A stretch of 64,000 bases of DNA from Macrostomum lignano (GCA_002269645.1 NIVC01001486.1:266747-330746), one strand, 5' to 3'. Counted from the stretch's first letter, positions 48,601-60,328 are shown. The notes: a model not told the origin generated them from the sequence alone. Made by a program: numbers and translations.

Positions 48601-51600
48601 CATGAAATCCACATTTATCCCCTTTCTCCCCACAGAGATCCCCAAACGCTAAAGTGGTCGGGTTTTCGGCATAACGGGAGCCATTTGGCTCCAAATGAAG
48701 GGATTGGCGTAGAGAAATCGGGACCCAATGCTTCAGGCTCCATTCTAGAGCCTTAAGTTCACATGAAATCCCATTTATCCCCTTTCTCCCACAGAGATCC
48801 CCAAACGCTAAAGTGGTCGGGTTTTCGGCATAACGGGAGCCATTTGGCTCCAAATGAAGGGATTGGCGTAGAGAAATCGGGACCCAATGCTTCAGGCTCC
48901 ATTCTAGAGCCTTAAGTTCACATGAAATCCACATTTATCCCCTTTCTCCCCACAGAGATCCCCAAACGCTAAAGTGGTCGGGTTTTCGGCATAACGGGAG
49001 CCATTTGGCTCCAAATGAAGGGATTGGCGTAGAGAAATCGGGACCCAATGCTTCAGGCTCCATTCTAGAGCCTTAAGTTCACATGAAATCCACATTTATC
49101 CCCTTTCTCCCCACAGAGATCCCCAAACGCTAAAGTGGTCGGGTTTTCGGCATAACGGGAGCCATTTGGCTCCAAATGAAGGGATTGGCGTAGAGAAATC
49201 GGGACCCAATGCTTCAGGCTCCATTCTAGAGCCTTAAGTTCACATGAAATCCACATTTATCCCCTTTCTCCCCACAGAGATCCCCAAACGCTAAAGTGGT
49301 CGGGTTTTCGGCATAACGGGAGCCATTTGGCTCCAAATGAAGGGATTGGCGTAGAGAAATCGGGACCCAATGCTTCAGGCTCCATTCTAGAGCCTTAAGT
49401 TCACATGAAATCCCATTTATCCCCTTTCTCCCCACAGAGATCCCCAAACGCTAAAGTGGTCGGGTTTTCGGCATAACGGGAGCCATTTGGCTCCAAATGA
49501 AGGGATTGGCGTAGAGAAATCGGGACCCAATGCTTCAGGCTCCATTCTAGAGCCTTAAGTTCACATGAAATCCACATTTATCCCCTTTCTCCCCACAGAG
49601 ATCCCCAAACGCTAAAGTGGTCGGGTTTTCGGCATAACGGGAGCCATTTGGCTCCAAATGAAGGGATTGGCGTAGAGAAATCGGGACCCAATGCTTCAGG
49701 CTCCATTCTAGAGCCTTAAGTTCACATGAAATCCACATTTATCCCCTTTCTCCCCACAGAGATCCCCAAACGCTAAAGTGGTCGGGTTTTCGGCATAACG
49801 GGAGCCATTTGGCTCCAAATGAAGGGATTGGCGTAGAGAAATCGGGACCCAATGCTTCAGGCTCCATTCTAGAGCCTTAAGTTCACATGAAATCCACATT
49901 TATCCCCTTTCTCCCCACAGAGATCCCCAAACGCTAAAGTGGTCGGGTTTTCGGCATAACGGGAGCCATTTGGCTCCAAATGAAGGGATTGGCGTAGAGA
50001 AATCGGGACCCAATGCTTCAGGCTCCATTCTAGAGCCTTAAGTTCACATGAAATCCACATTTATCCCCTTTCTCCCCACAGAGATCCCCAAACGCTAAAG
50101 TGGTCGGGTTTTCGGCATAACGGGAGCCATTTGGCTCCAAATGAAGGGATTGGCGTAGAGAAATCGGGACCCAATGCTTCAGGCTCCATTCTAGAGCCTT
50201 AAGTTCACATGAAATCCACATTTATCCCCTTTCTCCCCACAGAGATCCCCAAACGCTAAAGTGGTCGGGTTTTCGGCATAACGGGAGCCATTTGGCTCCA
50301 AATGAAGGGATTGGCGTAGAGAAATCGGGACCCAATGCTTCAGGCTCCATTCTAGAGCCTTAAGTTCACATGAAATCCACATTTATCCCCTTTCTCCCCA
50401 CAGAGATCCCCAAACGCTAAAGTGGTCGGGTTTTCGGCATAACGGGAGCCATTTGGCTCCAAATGAAGGGATTGGCGTAGAGAAATCGGGACCCAATGCT
50501 TCAGGCTCCATTCTAGAGCCTTAAGTTCACATGAAATCCACATTTATCCCCTTTCTCCCCACAGAGATCCCCAAACGCTAAAGTGGTCGGGTTTTCGGCA
50601 TAACGGGAGCCATTTGGCTCCAAATGAAGGGATTGGCGTAGAGAAATCGGGACCCAATGCTTCAGGCTCCATTCTAGAGCCTTAAGTTCACATGAAATCC
50701 ACATTTATCCCCTTTCTCCCCACAGAGATCCCCAAACGCTAAAGTGGTCGGGTTTTCGGCATAACGGGAGCCATTTGGCTCCAAATGAAGGGATTGGCGT
50801 AGAGAAATCGGGACCCAATGCTTCAGGCTCCATTCTAGAGCCTTAAGTTCACATGAAATCCACATTTATCCCCTTTCTCCCCACAGAGATCCCCAAACGC
50901 TAAAGTGGTCGGGTTTTCGGCATAACGGGAGCCATTTGGCTCCAAATGAAGGGATTGGCGTAGAGAAATCGGGACCCAATGCTTCAGGCTCCATTCTAGA
51001 GCCTTAAGTTCACATGAAATCCCATTTATCCCCTTTCTCCCACAGAGATCCCCAAACGCTAAAGTGGTCGGGTTTTCGGCATAACGGGAGCCATTTGGCT
51101 CCAAATGAAGGGATTGGCGTAGAGAAATCGGGACCCAATGCTTCAGGCTCCATTCTAGAGCCTTAAGTTCACATGAAATCCACATTTATCCCCTTTCTCC
51201 CCACAGAGATCCCCAAACGCTAAAGTGGTCGGGTTTTCGGCATAACGGGAGCCATTTGGCTCCAAATGAAGGGATTGGCGTAGAGAAATCGGGACCCAAT
51301 GCTTCAGGCTCCATTCTAGAGCCTTAAGTTCACATGAAATCCCATTTATCCCTTTCTCCCCACAGAGATCCCCAAACGCTAAAGTGGTCGGGTTTTCGGC
51401 ATAACGGGAGCCATTTGGCTCCAAATGAAGGGATTGGCGTAGAGAAATCGGGACCCAATGCTTCAGGCTCCATTCTAGAGCCTTAAGTTCACATGAAATC
51501 CACATTTATCCCCTTTCTCCCCACAGAGATCCCCAAACGCTAAAGTGGTCGGGTTTTCGGCATAACGGGAGCCATTTGGCTCCAAATGAAGGGATTGGCG

Positions 51601-52137
51601 TAGAGAAATCGGGACCCAATGCTTCAGGCTCCATTCTGGAGCCTTAAGTTCACATGAAATCCACATTTATCCCCTTTCTCCCCACAGAGATCCCCAAACG
51701 CTAAAGTGGTCGGGTTTTCGGCATAACGGGAGCCATTTGGCTCCAAATGAAGGGATTGGCGTAGAGAAATCGGGACCCAATGCTTCAGGCTCCATTCTAG
51801 AGCCTTAAGTTCACATGAAATCCCCATTTATCCCCTTTCTCCCCACAGAGATCCCCAAACGCTAAAGTGGTCGGGTTTTCGGCATAACGGGAGCCATTTG
51901 GCTCCAAATGAAGGGATTGGCGTAAAGAAATCGGGACCCAATGCTTCAGGCTCCATTCTAGAGCCTTAAGTTCACATGAAATCCCATTTATCCCCTTTCT
52001 CCCCACAGAGATCCCCAAACGCTAAAGTGGTCGGGTTTTCGGCATAACGGGAGCCATTTGGCTCCAAATGAAGGGATTGGCGTAAAGAAATCGGGACCCA
52101 ATGCTTCAGGCTCCATTCTGACTCTTAAGTTCATATG
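42650..52137. repeat. 161-bp satellite, about 59 near-identical tandem copies (~9.5 kb), inside the element
   Basis: ORF-track hits repeat every 161 bp. Variants are mainly ATCCACATTT/ATCCCATTT and CTCCCCAC/CTCCCAC. A triple AGCCTTAAG marks the left edge. Confidence 0.98.
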
Positions 52138-52146
52138 CCCTTTAAG

Positions 52147-55100
52147 GCAAAAGGGGTCGAATACGAGATAGTACGAGCGTATTCACAAATTTGAGCGATA
52201 TTCGCTCAACATTTGAGAATATAATTTCTGTGCTTTGCAGCGACCTGAATGCAGATGACTTCGTCGCATCTAAGCTGACAGCGGACAATATGATGCTCGC
52301 CATCAATGTCCCGCCGGTCTGCGCCGCCCGCTTCACTGCAGAGTTGATATTTAAACATATCAACAAGGTTCTGCAGTCGGACTCCAGTGTCTTGGGCAAC
52401 AACTTTAAATTGTTTTTACTCAAGGCCTGGGTCCCGCGGGGCGGCTGCGGCAGCCTAGATGCGGCGGAGCGCCACATCCAGGCACGCCATTCAATGGGCT
52501 ATAATTACGTTGTCATTGCCAACCGCGACAAGCGGTGCCTTATCCGGGCGCTGATTGTCGCCAAGGCATACGCCGATCTGCAGGCCAAGGCCATCACTAA
52601 GCGGGCTTGGCGGACTATCAAAGCCGACTCCTCACTGCAGACGAAGCTGACTGGGGAGCTTCAGATTGCTGCCAATCCGTATTCGGTGAGTAAAAATGTT
52701 CTTGCACATTTTAATTTGCATTTTTATTAATATACAAATGTTTTAGTCTTTATCAACCATTGCACAGGCCGGGCCTTTCTGGGTTGACGTGCTCCCTCAA
52801 CTGCTCGCCGCCATGAACGCTCAGTCACCCGGCCGGGATTTCGGCGTTCGTGTGTACAGTGCTGAGGGAGGCAACACGTGTGTGTATGCCCTGCCCGGCA
52901 ACACGGTGCTGAATCTGCACCTAATTGGCGAACACTTTAACGCGGTGTGCAAGGTACCGCCATTTTTCGGTGCTCGCCGCTATTGTGAAAGCTGCCAGCA
53001 GCCGTACGACTGCGTGTCTGGAGAACACAAGTGCGCCAACACCTGCCCTCAGTGTAAAGTGCCCGGCTCCAATTGCAAGAGCCTGCGGTGTGACTATAAG
53101 CGCTGCGCTGATTGTGGCCTCAAGTGCTACAATCAGCAGTGCTTTAACAATCACCGCCAAAAAAACCGAGCCGGCAGGTCTCGCTGCAGCTCCATACGCG
53201 TCTGCTCCAAATGCGGATATTTGGAGGAGATGAAAGCGGGCCAGAAGGAGCCGGAGCACAAGTGCGGGCATGTCAAGTGCCCACTGTGTAAACAGTACGA
53301 CGAGGCCGGCTCACATTTGTGTTTCGTCAAGGCTCCCAAAGTGAAAGCTTCGACTATGCCGTACGTGTTCTACGATACGGAAACGTACACGGACGAGGAG
53401 AAGCAGCATCACGTGCATCTGGTGACTGCCGTCACGTGCTGCGAGACCTGCTCCGGCCGGGCGTTTCCGCGCGAGACTTGCCGCCTCTGCAATGGCCTGC
53501 ATAGCGCCGCCAATTGTCTGACTGGCCGCGATCTGGGGGAGGAATTCTCCAATTGCGTCAGCCACTCAGACTGCGCCTGCCAAATGGCCGATTTTGTGGC
53601 TGTGGGCCCGGCCTCGCTGAATGCGTTTTTCGCCTGGCTGAGCACAGCTTTCCGTGGCGGCGCCATTGTTGTCGCGCACAATGCATCAGGCTATGATGCG
53701 TTTCTACTGCTTGGCGCTCTGCTCAACGGCCTGGCCAAGAAGCGGCCCCAAGTACTGTTCCAGGGTAGCCGGCTAATGAGCATGACGGTGGATAAATTGG
53801 TATTTAAAGATTCGTTAAACTTTATACCAATCCCGCTTGCGCAATTCCCCAAAGCGCTGGGGCTCGCTGACACAAAGCTGGCCAAGGGGACGTTTCCCAC
53901 GAGTTCAACAAGCCGGCTAATTGGAACTACGTGGGCCCCTACCCGGCTATTGAATATTATGGCGGCAAAGCAAACAATGACTACGACTCCATCTGTGCTT
54001 GGCTGGCCTCGCGACAGGGCGAGTTGTTCAACTTTAATCGGGAGTATCTCGATTATTGTTTGAGTGACACAGTCCTGCTTCGCGAGGGCTGCATCAAGTA
54101 CAGGGCAATAATTGGCGACATTTGCGACGGCCTGGAACCGTTTGTTCAGGCCAATACGATTGCCAGTTTGGCAATGGCCGTATTTACTACTAAATTCATG
54201 GAGCCCAACTCGGTCGGCGTGATTGCCCGGCAGGCCGACCAGCAGTCATTCAAGGCGCGCAAGTAACTGGCCTATTTGAATGCCACCGAATTTGGCGGGC
54301 GGCTGCGCACCTGCGACTCGACTGGCGGCGAGGCGGTCATTCTCGGCCGCAAGGTGGACGGCTTTGATGAGGCTAGCAACACTGTTTTGCAGTTTCTTGG
54401 TTGTTTCTACCATGGCTGCGAGCAGTGCATGCCCGATCAGGATGTCGTCCACCCGCTCTGAGCCACATTCGCCACGAAACCGAGTGGTTCACTCGCGAGT
54501 TGGAGCGGCATAATTACAGTGTTCGTACAATTTGGGAACATGAATACGACGCTGTATTGGCATCGCAGGCCGATTTTATCGCCGCAACTGCCCATCTGCG
54601 CGCTCCACTCAAGATGGAGGATGCGCTCTATGGCGGCCGCGTAGAGTGTTTTATCCCGCATGCTGTGGCCAGCGAGACTGAGACGCTCAAATATCGGGAT
54701 GTGGTGAGTAGTGATACTACTAATATAGTAGAATATTTTGTAAAAATACAGTTTATGAAAAATAATGCTTTATTTCAACTTGCAGGTCTCTCTGTACCCG
54801 ACGGTGCAGTCGAAAGACCCATACCCGATTGGCCACCCGGTGCAACATCCGACGCCGCAGACGCTCAACTCTGACGCGCTGGCCAGCTACTTTAATTGGC
54901 ATTGCCAAAGTGACTGTGCTACCGCCGTCGGATTTGCATATTCCGCTGCTGCCGTACAGGGTGCAAAAGAAGCTCTTTTTTGGGCTTTGCCGCACCTGTA
55001 TGGAGCAGCAGTGCGGTGGCGAGTGCTGCGACCACTCAGACGAGGAACGGGCGCTGACTGGCACCTGGGCAACGCCGGAGCTGCAAAAGGCCTTCCAGTT

Positions 55101-56175
55101 GGGCTACCGTCTGCAGGCTGTTCACGCGCTAGCCTACTGGACAGAGAAGCGGACCGGTCTATTCGGTGATTACGTGAATGCCTTCCTGAAGCTGAAGGCC
55201 GAATCGAGCGGCTCCCCCGGCATGTCGGATGAAGATAAGGCGGTCTATATTGCCGATTTCTTCGCCAAGGAGGGCGTCACGCTGGACAAGGTCGAACCCA
55301 ACCCAGGACTTCGCTTTGTAGCGAAAATCTTTTTGAATTCGTAAGTATTCATAAATTTTGTTTTTTAAATGATTTTCTTCTACTAACAGTAGCTTTTCTT
55401 TTCACTACACAGGCTCTGGGGCAAATTTTGTCAGCGTGACGACCTGACATCGACCGAGATTGTGTCCAGCTACGAGGACTGGCTCGCCCGGCTGACCGAC
55501 CCCAACCTCAAAGTCAAGGCCTGCGAACCGATTGGCAGCGAGTTTATGCTGCTAGAGTACCGGCACCGTTACTTTAATCAGCGGCCATTCAGGTACTCCA
55601 ATGTGCCAATCGGAGTCTTTACGACCACGCAGGCCCGGCTGCGCCTGTACGAGGCATTGGAGGGGCTCGGCGAACGGGCCATTTACTGCGACACTGACTC
55701 GTAAGTATTGCATTGGAAAAATTCTTTTAGAATTGAATAGTTAGCATGTGGAACTAATTATCTCGTTTTTCTCTCCCCCACACAGGGTCGTTTACCGGCA
55801 TTCCGAGGGCCAATGGGAGCCGCCCCATGGCACGAGCCTCGGAATGTGGACCGATGAGGTGCCCGCAGGCAGCCGGATGACCGACTTTGTAAGTGGGGGC
55901 CCAAGCTCTACACTTACATTGTCGAGGATGCGGCCGGTGTCCGCAGCCAAGTCCTGAAATGCAAGGGCATCCGCCTGACTCCGGAGATACGGGAGCGTAG
56001 CGATGACTTGCGCAACACCCTGCTACACGGCGGCTCTCTGCAGCTGCCGCAGTTTCAGTTCAGGCGCGACAAGGCGTCTTGTACCATACACACGATCAGT
56101 ATGGACAAGACGTTTCAGCGCGTGCTGACGAAACGCGTGTACGGGGCCTGCAGCAGGCCTTATGGCTATAAATAA
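52147..56175 (+). CDS. polB: Spliced protein-primed family-B DNA polymerase, exons 52147-52685, 52768-54703, 54786-55340, 55413-55700, 55786-56175; disrupted in this assembly by four 1-bp frameshifts and one stop
   Basis: ExoI YVFYDTET, ExoII AHNASGYD, FKDSLNF, ExoIII YCLSD, YGGRVE. After splicing: motif A DV|VSLYP, motif B KIFLNS|LWGKF, motif C YCDTDS|V. C-terminus KCKGI...KR...PYGYK*. Introns are GT-AG, 72-85 bp. Confidence 0.92.
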
Positions 56176-56920
56176 TGCTGACTGACAATTCAATGTACAT
56201 TTTGCATTATAAAATTAGTAAAATCTATTTGTTGTACATAATTTGCATATCAATGTACATAAAGCATTTTTGCATTGTAGCTCGTACTATTGCCAAATTT
56301 ATCAGCGTGAATCTATTTGTTGTACATAATTCATGTACATAAAGTATTTTTGTATTGTATGCGGTGAAATTGCCTATGTAATTACGAGTATCTATTGTAC
56401 ATATTTTGCGTGTCAGACCTGCTTAAAATCATTTATGAAGAGAAAAATATTGAAAAACAATGTAAAATTTTCCGTTTATTCTATTTGCTGGTAATGTACA
56501 TAAATTTTTTCCTGTAATATGCTACTGATTTATTGTAAATATATCTTCTTTGTAAATAGTTTATATACGATGTGAGCTGTACAATTAGTTGACTCATTTA
56601 GATGAGATTGTACACCAATTCTCACCTCTGCGAACAACTGTACATGTAGTAGGGTTTCGAGTTGTACATGTAATCTTGGTGATTCATACAGAGCGCGCCG
56701 GCCGTCTGGGGAAGACACTGTACATGTAGATTAATGTAGAAGTATGTACTGCGTACATATAGAATTGGGGATAGAACATGTACAATTTGGGATAGATAGG
56801 GATTAATGTACATGGGATTAATGTACATATCCATTTTGAGATAGATAGGGATTAATGCAGTACATGGATTAATGTACATATGCAAGTACATATAGAAATA
56901 TGCTATGTATACATATTTCA

Positions 56921-57034
56921 CGCTTAGAATAGCGTTTTCATATACTACTTACTTCATTTTCAAATAGTAGTATAATTTGCGTTTTTTGCGTCAAATCTGT
57001 CTAAAAATCGACAACAATCTGCACGATACGTAGT
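56921..57034 (-). repeat. Right terminal inverted repeat (114 bp)
   Basis: Reverse complement of 38800-38913, followed by the TSD CTTAAA. Confidence 0.92.
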
Positions 57035-57284
57035 CTTAAAACTACAAATTTTATTAATGATTTCCAGAACTGGCTTGTTACAGGCGGTCCAGGTGCTGAG
57101 TTAAGACGTTCAGTTAGACTTGCCATAAACAGTCAAAGATTAAATACAAATATTTTAAGTTCAGTTTTGCCGGTAAAAGTGTCACAACACGCTCAAAATC
57201 CCATTCAAGCAAGCATCAGTGTTTAATAAGTAAACACATTCGTGTCTTAAATCAGATAACAAGTGACAGTTGAAGGTTTTTAGA

Positions 57285-58070
57285 TGTTGTTGTGGGTTGA
57301 TGGCTTTGCCATAGACATTTTTGTTACGCGACTGCGTTGATGAATTGAACCATGCTATTGAGTTATGAAATAAATAATAGACGCGTCAGAGGTCAACAGA
57401 CCGCTAGACTGACAATTGCTTAAGACTAAAGCCAAAAGCACAACAGTGGCGTCGGCAAGCATAGGCTACGAAAATGCCTGGAAGTACGCCAGCATCGCCA
57501 ACTAAAGGAGTTGGTAAAACGGTTTCGAGCGACAAAGCACCACCGCTTGCGATCTCGTCGAAATCAGTCCAAGCGACAAAGTCGGCAACAGCGACAGCGC
57601 AGAACCCAAGCGCACAAGTATCGAGAGGACAGCAAGTTGACATCGAAAAACTCGATGAAAGTTCGAACTTCCAGAGGTGGTTGGACCGATTCACACTGTG
57701 CAGCGAACTCAACGGCTGGCAGGACGACACGAAAAATAAGCTGCTGCTGATTAAGCTCAGTACCAAGCTGTACGACGCATTGGCAGATCGAGCCGCTCCC
57801 AAGAAGCCGGGAGAAAAGAGCTTCGATGAACTGACCAAACTACTGGCCAGCATCCTGGAACCAAAGACGTTCGTCATGGCTGAGAGATTCAATTTCCAGC
57901 ATATCACTCGCACGGCATCAATGAGCATTCGTGAGTATGCACAGCAACTCTGCATGCAGGCAGACAAGTGTCAGTTTGGCCTATCCAGAGATGAGAGACT
58001 GAGAGAAAATTTAAACCTTTCAATCATTCGAAATCATGATCCTTGCCCCATCACCTTCATGCAACCTTGA
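57285..58070 (+). mobile_element. gag: Ty3/Gypsy relic: short 5' LTR (57285-57445), PBS and truncated gag (ORF 57474-58070)
   Basis: TGTTGT...ACAACA inverted termini with internal AATAAA, then GTGGCGTCGG (PBS-like). The ORF contains ERFNF..ITR...SIREYAQQL..QADKCQFG...DERLRE, typical of Gypsy Gag, and then breaks off. Confidence 0.75.
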
Positions 58071-58942
58071 CTGGCCGTGCCAATACTCATACCGAATAGA
58101 GCAGCATCACAACAGAGTCCGAAGTGACACGCCATAAGCCCACAGAAATCCGACGTCTGTCCTCATCAATAGGATGTCTGCAGCGTCAGTAGCTCCCGCA
58201 CCGCGGCTATACTGGATTGAAAAAACTTGAGAACGATCCAAGGACCAAGTTTTTCTTCGAACTATTGTTTTCTGAGATTGAATTCAATTTTTTTAATTCT
58301 GCCATCCACACTGCTTTTTGCTCCGGAAGTATTTGTGTCCGTTACCAGGAAATGAGCTTGCTGCATGCCCTCACAATGCATTTTGTTATCTTCCTCAGCA
58401 AGTACCTTTTTACAGGTAGAGTTCCGGAAGATTGCAGGCTGGAATACGTGAGCCCGATGTCTCCGGAGGTGCATCAGTAGCGTCAGCAGTTCCCAGGGAT
58501 GTGGAGACTAGGTACTGGATTGTTGACGATAAATCTGTGGTGAATTTGCATGCTCTATGCGATTATTTAACGTATAAAATGCACTGATTTACTACATCTA
58601 TCAGTAAGAAAATGTACATGCACATTGAGCACTAGCTTATTAGGTGAGAGCCAACCTCTCCTTTCCTCTCAACTCGACTTAATTTATTTGGCGAGCAAAA
58701 ATCGTCTTGACACGATTGAAGGGAACTTTCTTCTCCAAAAAAACTTCTTTTACGTAGATTCTATGCTCATAAAATTGTCAATCTTCTTCTGCATTGCAGG
58801 TATCCAAAAGTTAATTAGACCGAAACTCAAAATATTGTCCAACAGAATGTTACTTTTGCCTCTAGCTCTAGAACTTATTATTTTCAGATCGTTTTCATGC
58901 TGTTTGGCCTCGAAGCTGCTTGTCCGTCCTTACAAGACTCAA

Positions 58943-59654
58943 CTAGGTTTTGATGAACACAGCCCATCCGGGTCCGGTCAGGCTGGCTGGCGGGAAGGCG
59001 AACGGCAGCAGGCGGCAGGCGAGCAGCTGCTTGGAGAAGACGGCGCCGCTGCAGTTGGCTCTGGCGCTGCACTGGAGCAGGCAGTCCGCGTCGGACTGGC
59101 AGCGGCCGGCCAGGACGAGTCGACGGTAGAGGTCACCGTGATGTCCGAATTCTTCAGCACAGTGTATGCATTGTTGCCTGAAAGTTGTGTAATTTTATTA
59201 AGATTTTCTCTCAGTTGAAATTCTAAGAGGCAGCGTCGAGCTAACTCACTCGGGAAGGTCATAGCAAACACGGAGTTGATTGAGAAGCCGCCACAAATCT
59301 GCTCTGGGTTTCCCGTGCACTGCCTGTTGCACATGCTATCACTGAGCTGTCCGTGGAGTCCGTAGGAGCTGCCGCAGAAGCACTGCTTGCCGACCTGCAC
59401 GCCGAAGTAGGGAAAGCGGCCCAGAGAGCAGACGTTGCTGCAGAACTCGTGCGACATGTTGTTGAGGCTGTGCACTAGGTCGCCAACACCAATACTGTAC
59501 GGCCCCAGATTTTTTAACCCTTTCAGACCTGTCATATCTCTGTTCGAGTTATCACCGTCTCGATAACAACCAACGTAGGAGAAATGAGCCACCCTGCGGC
59601 TGCACAGGTCAGGAGGCCGCACAGCAACGCCGACTCTAACAGTGAGATTCTCAT
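58943..59654 (-). CDS. WSC-PAN copy H, join(58943..59177,59250..59654); two 1-bp deletions (~59596, ~59098)
   Basis: MRISLLESALLCGLLTCAA signal, WSC cysteines, conserved phase-1 intron, PAN-like exon ending GWAVFIKT*. Each exon is one base short of frame. Confidence 0.78.
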
Positions 59655-60328
59655 TCTAATTCAAGAATAGTTACGGGTTAAAGCTATCGAATCTCAACAT
59701 CCGGAGCTTGGAAGCAATTCTCTCACGAGCGTCATCCTTTTATCCTTTTCTGAGTACAGGCATTCAGATTTTATCCAATCAGACGGTTATGTAAGCTTTG
59801 AATTAGCCATGCTCGATTATTCACAGATACTAGCGACGGGTCATAGGAAGATTCAAACAGTTGCGAGCGTATCTAAAACTCCGACAGTGGCGTACTGCAA
59901 CTTCATTCCCGTAAACAACAATGAGTACTCGCAAACACTGGTTGAAATTCGCTACAAATAAAAACAAGCAGTCTCGTACAAGAACAAAACTGACCAAATT
60001 TCTCAACCCAATGAAGTGCAGCTACCATTCTGCAACTTTGTCATATACTCAGCAGCATTAAAAAGTCGCCACTCAATGCGCCAGTGAGCAATTTCTCTTG
60101 GACTATTCTGAAATAAAAGATACGAGAAAACTGATCGGGGTAGCTTTAATCCGTCCAACCCTCGCACACCCCCCCTCCACTTCATTCCTCAACTCAAGTC
60201 TGCCGCGGCGTAGCTGAGTTGCATCACTCGCAAAGGATTGAGAGACTTTACCTGCACTCTCAAAAGTGGCGACCACAGACTGGATCTTCTGTGATGGCAA
60301 CTTTTCGATGTTGGTGAGTATATAGTAC

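Larger units (their letters stand above)
38800..57034 (+). mobile_element. 18,235-bp Polinton/Maverick-related TIR element carrying an intron-containing protein-primed DNA polymerase B; 6-bp TSD CTTAAA
   Basis: Termini ACTACGTATCGTGCAGATTGTTGTCG... and ...CGACAACAATCTGCACGATACGTAGT are reverse complements over 114 bp. CTTAAA lies at 38794-38799 and 57035-57040. A pPolB gene lies inside. Confidence 0.9.

Noticed and set aside
42650-52137. Dozens of 63-116 aa minus-strand ORFs (MWISCELKALEWSLKHW...) as a gene array
   Set aside because: They are translations of the 161-bp satellite, and their lengths change with 1-bp unit variants. They show no domain features.
18646-52137. CRISPR array interpretation of the 23-bp or 161-bp repeats
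   Set aside because: The units are head-to-tail with no unique spacers, there are no cas genes, and the context is eukaryotic.
38794-57045. 11-bp TSD (CTTAAAACTAC) for the polymerase element
   Set aside because: The 11-mer occurs at both ends, but using it makes the TIRs asymmetric. A 6-bp TSD gives exactly symmetric ACTACG...CGTAGT ends. An empty allele would settle it.
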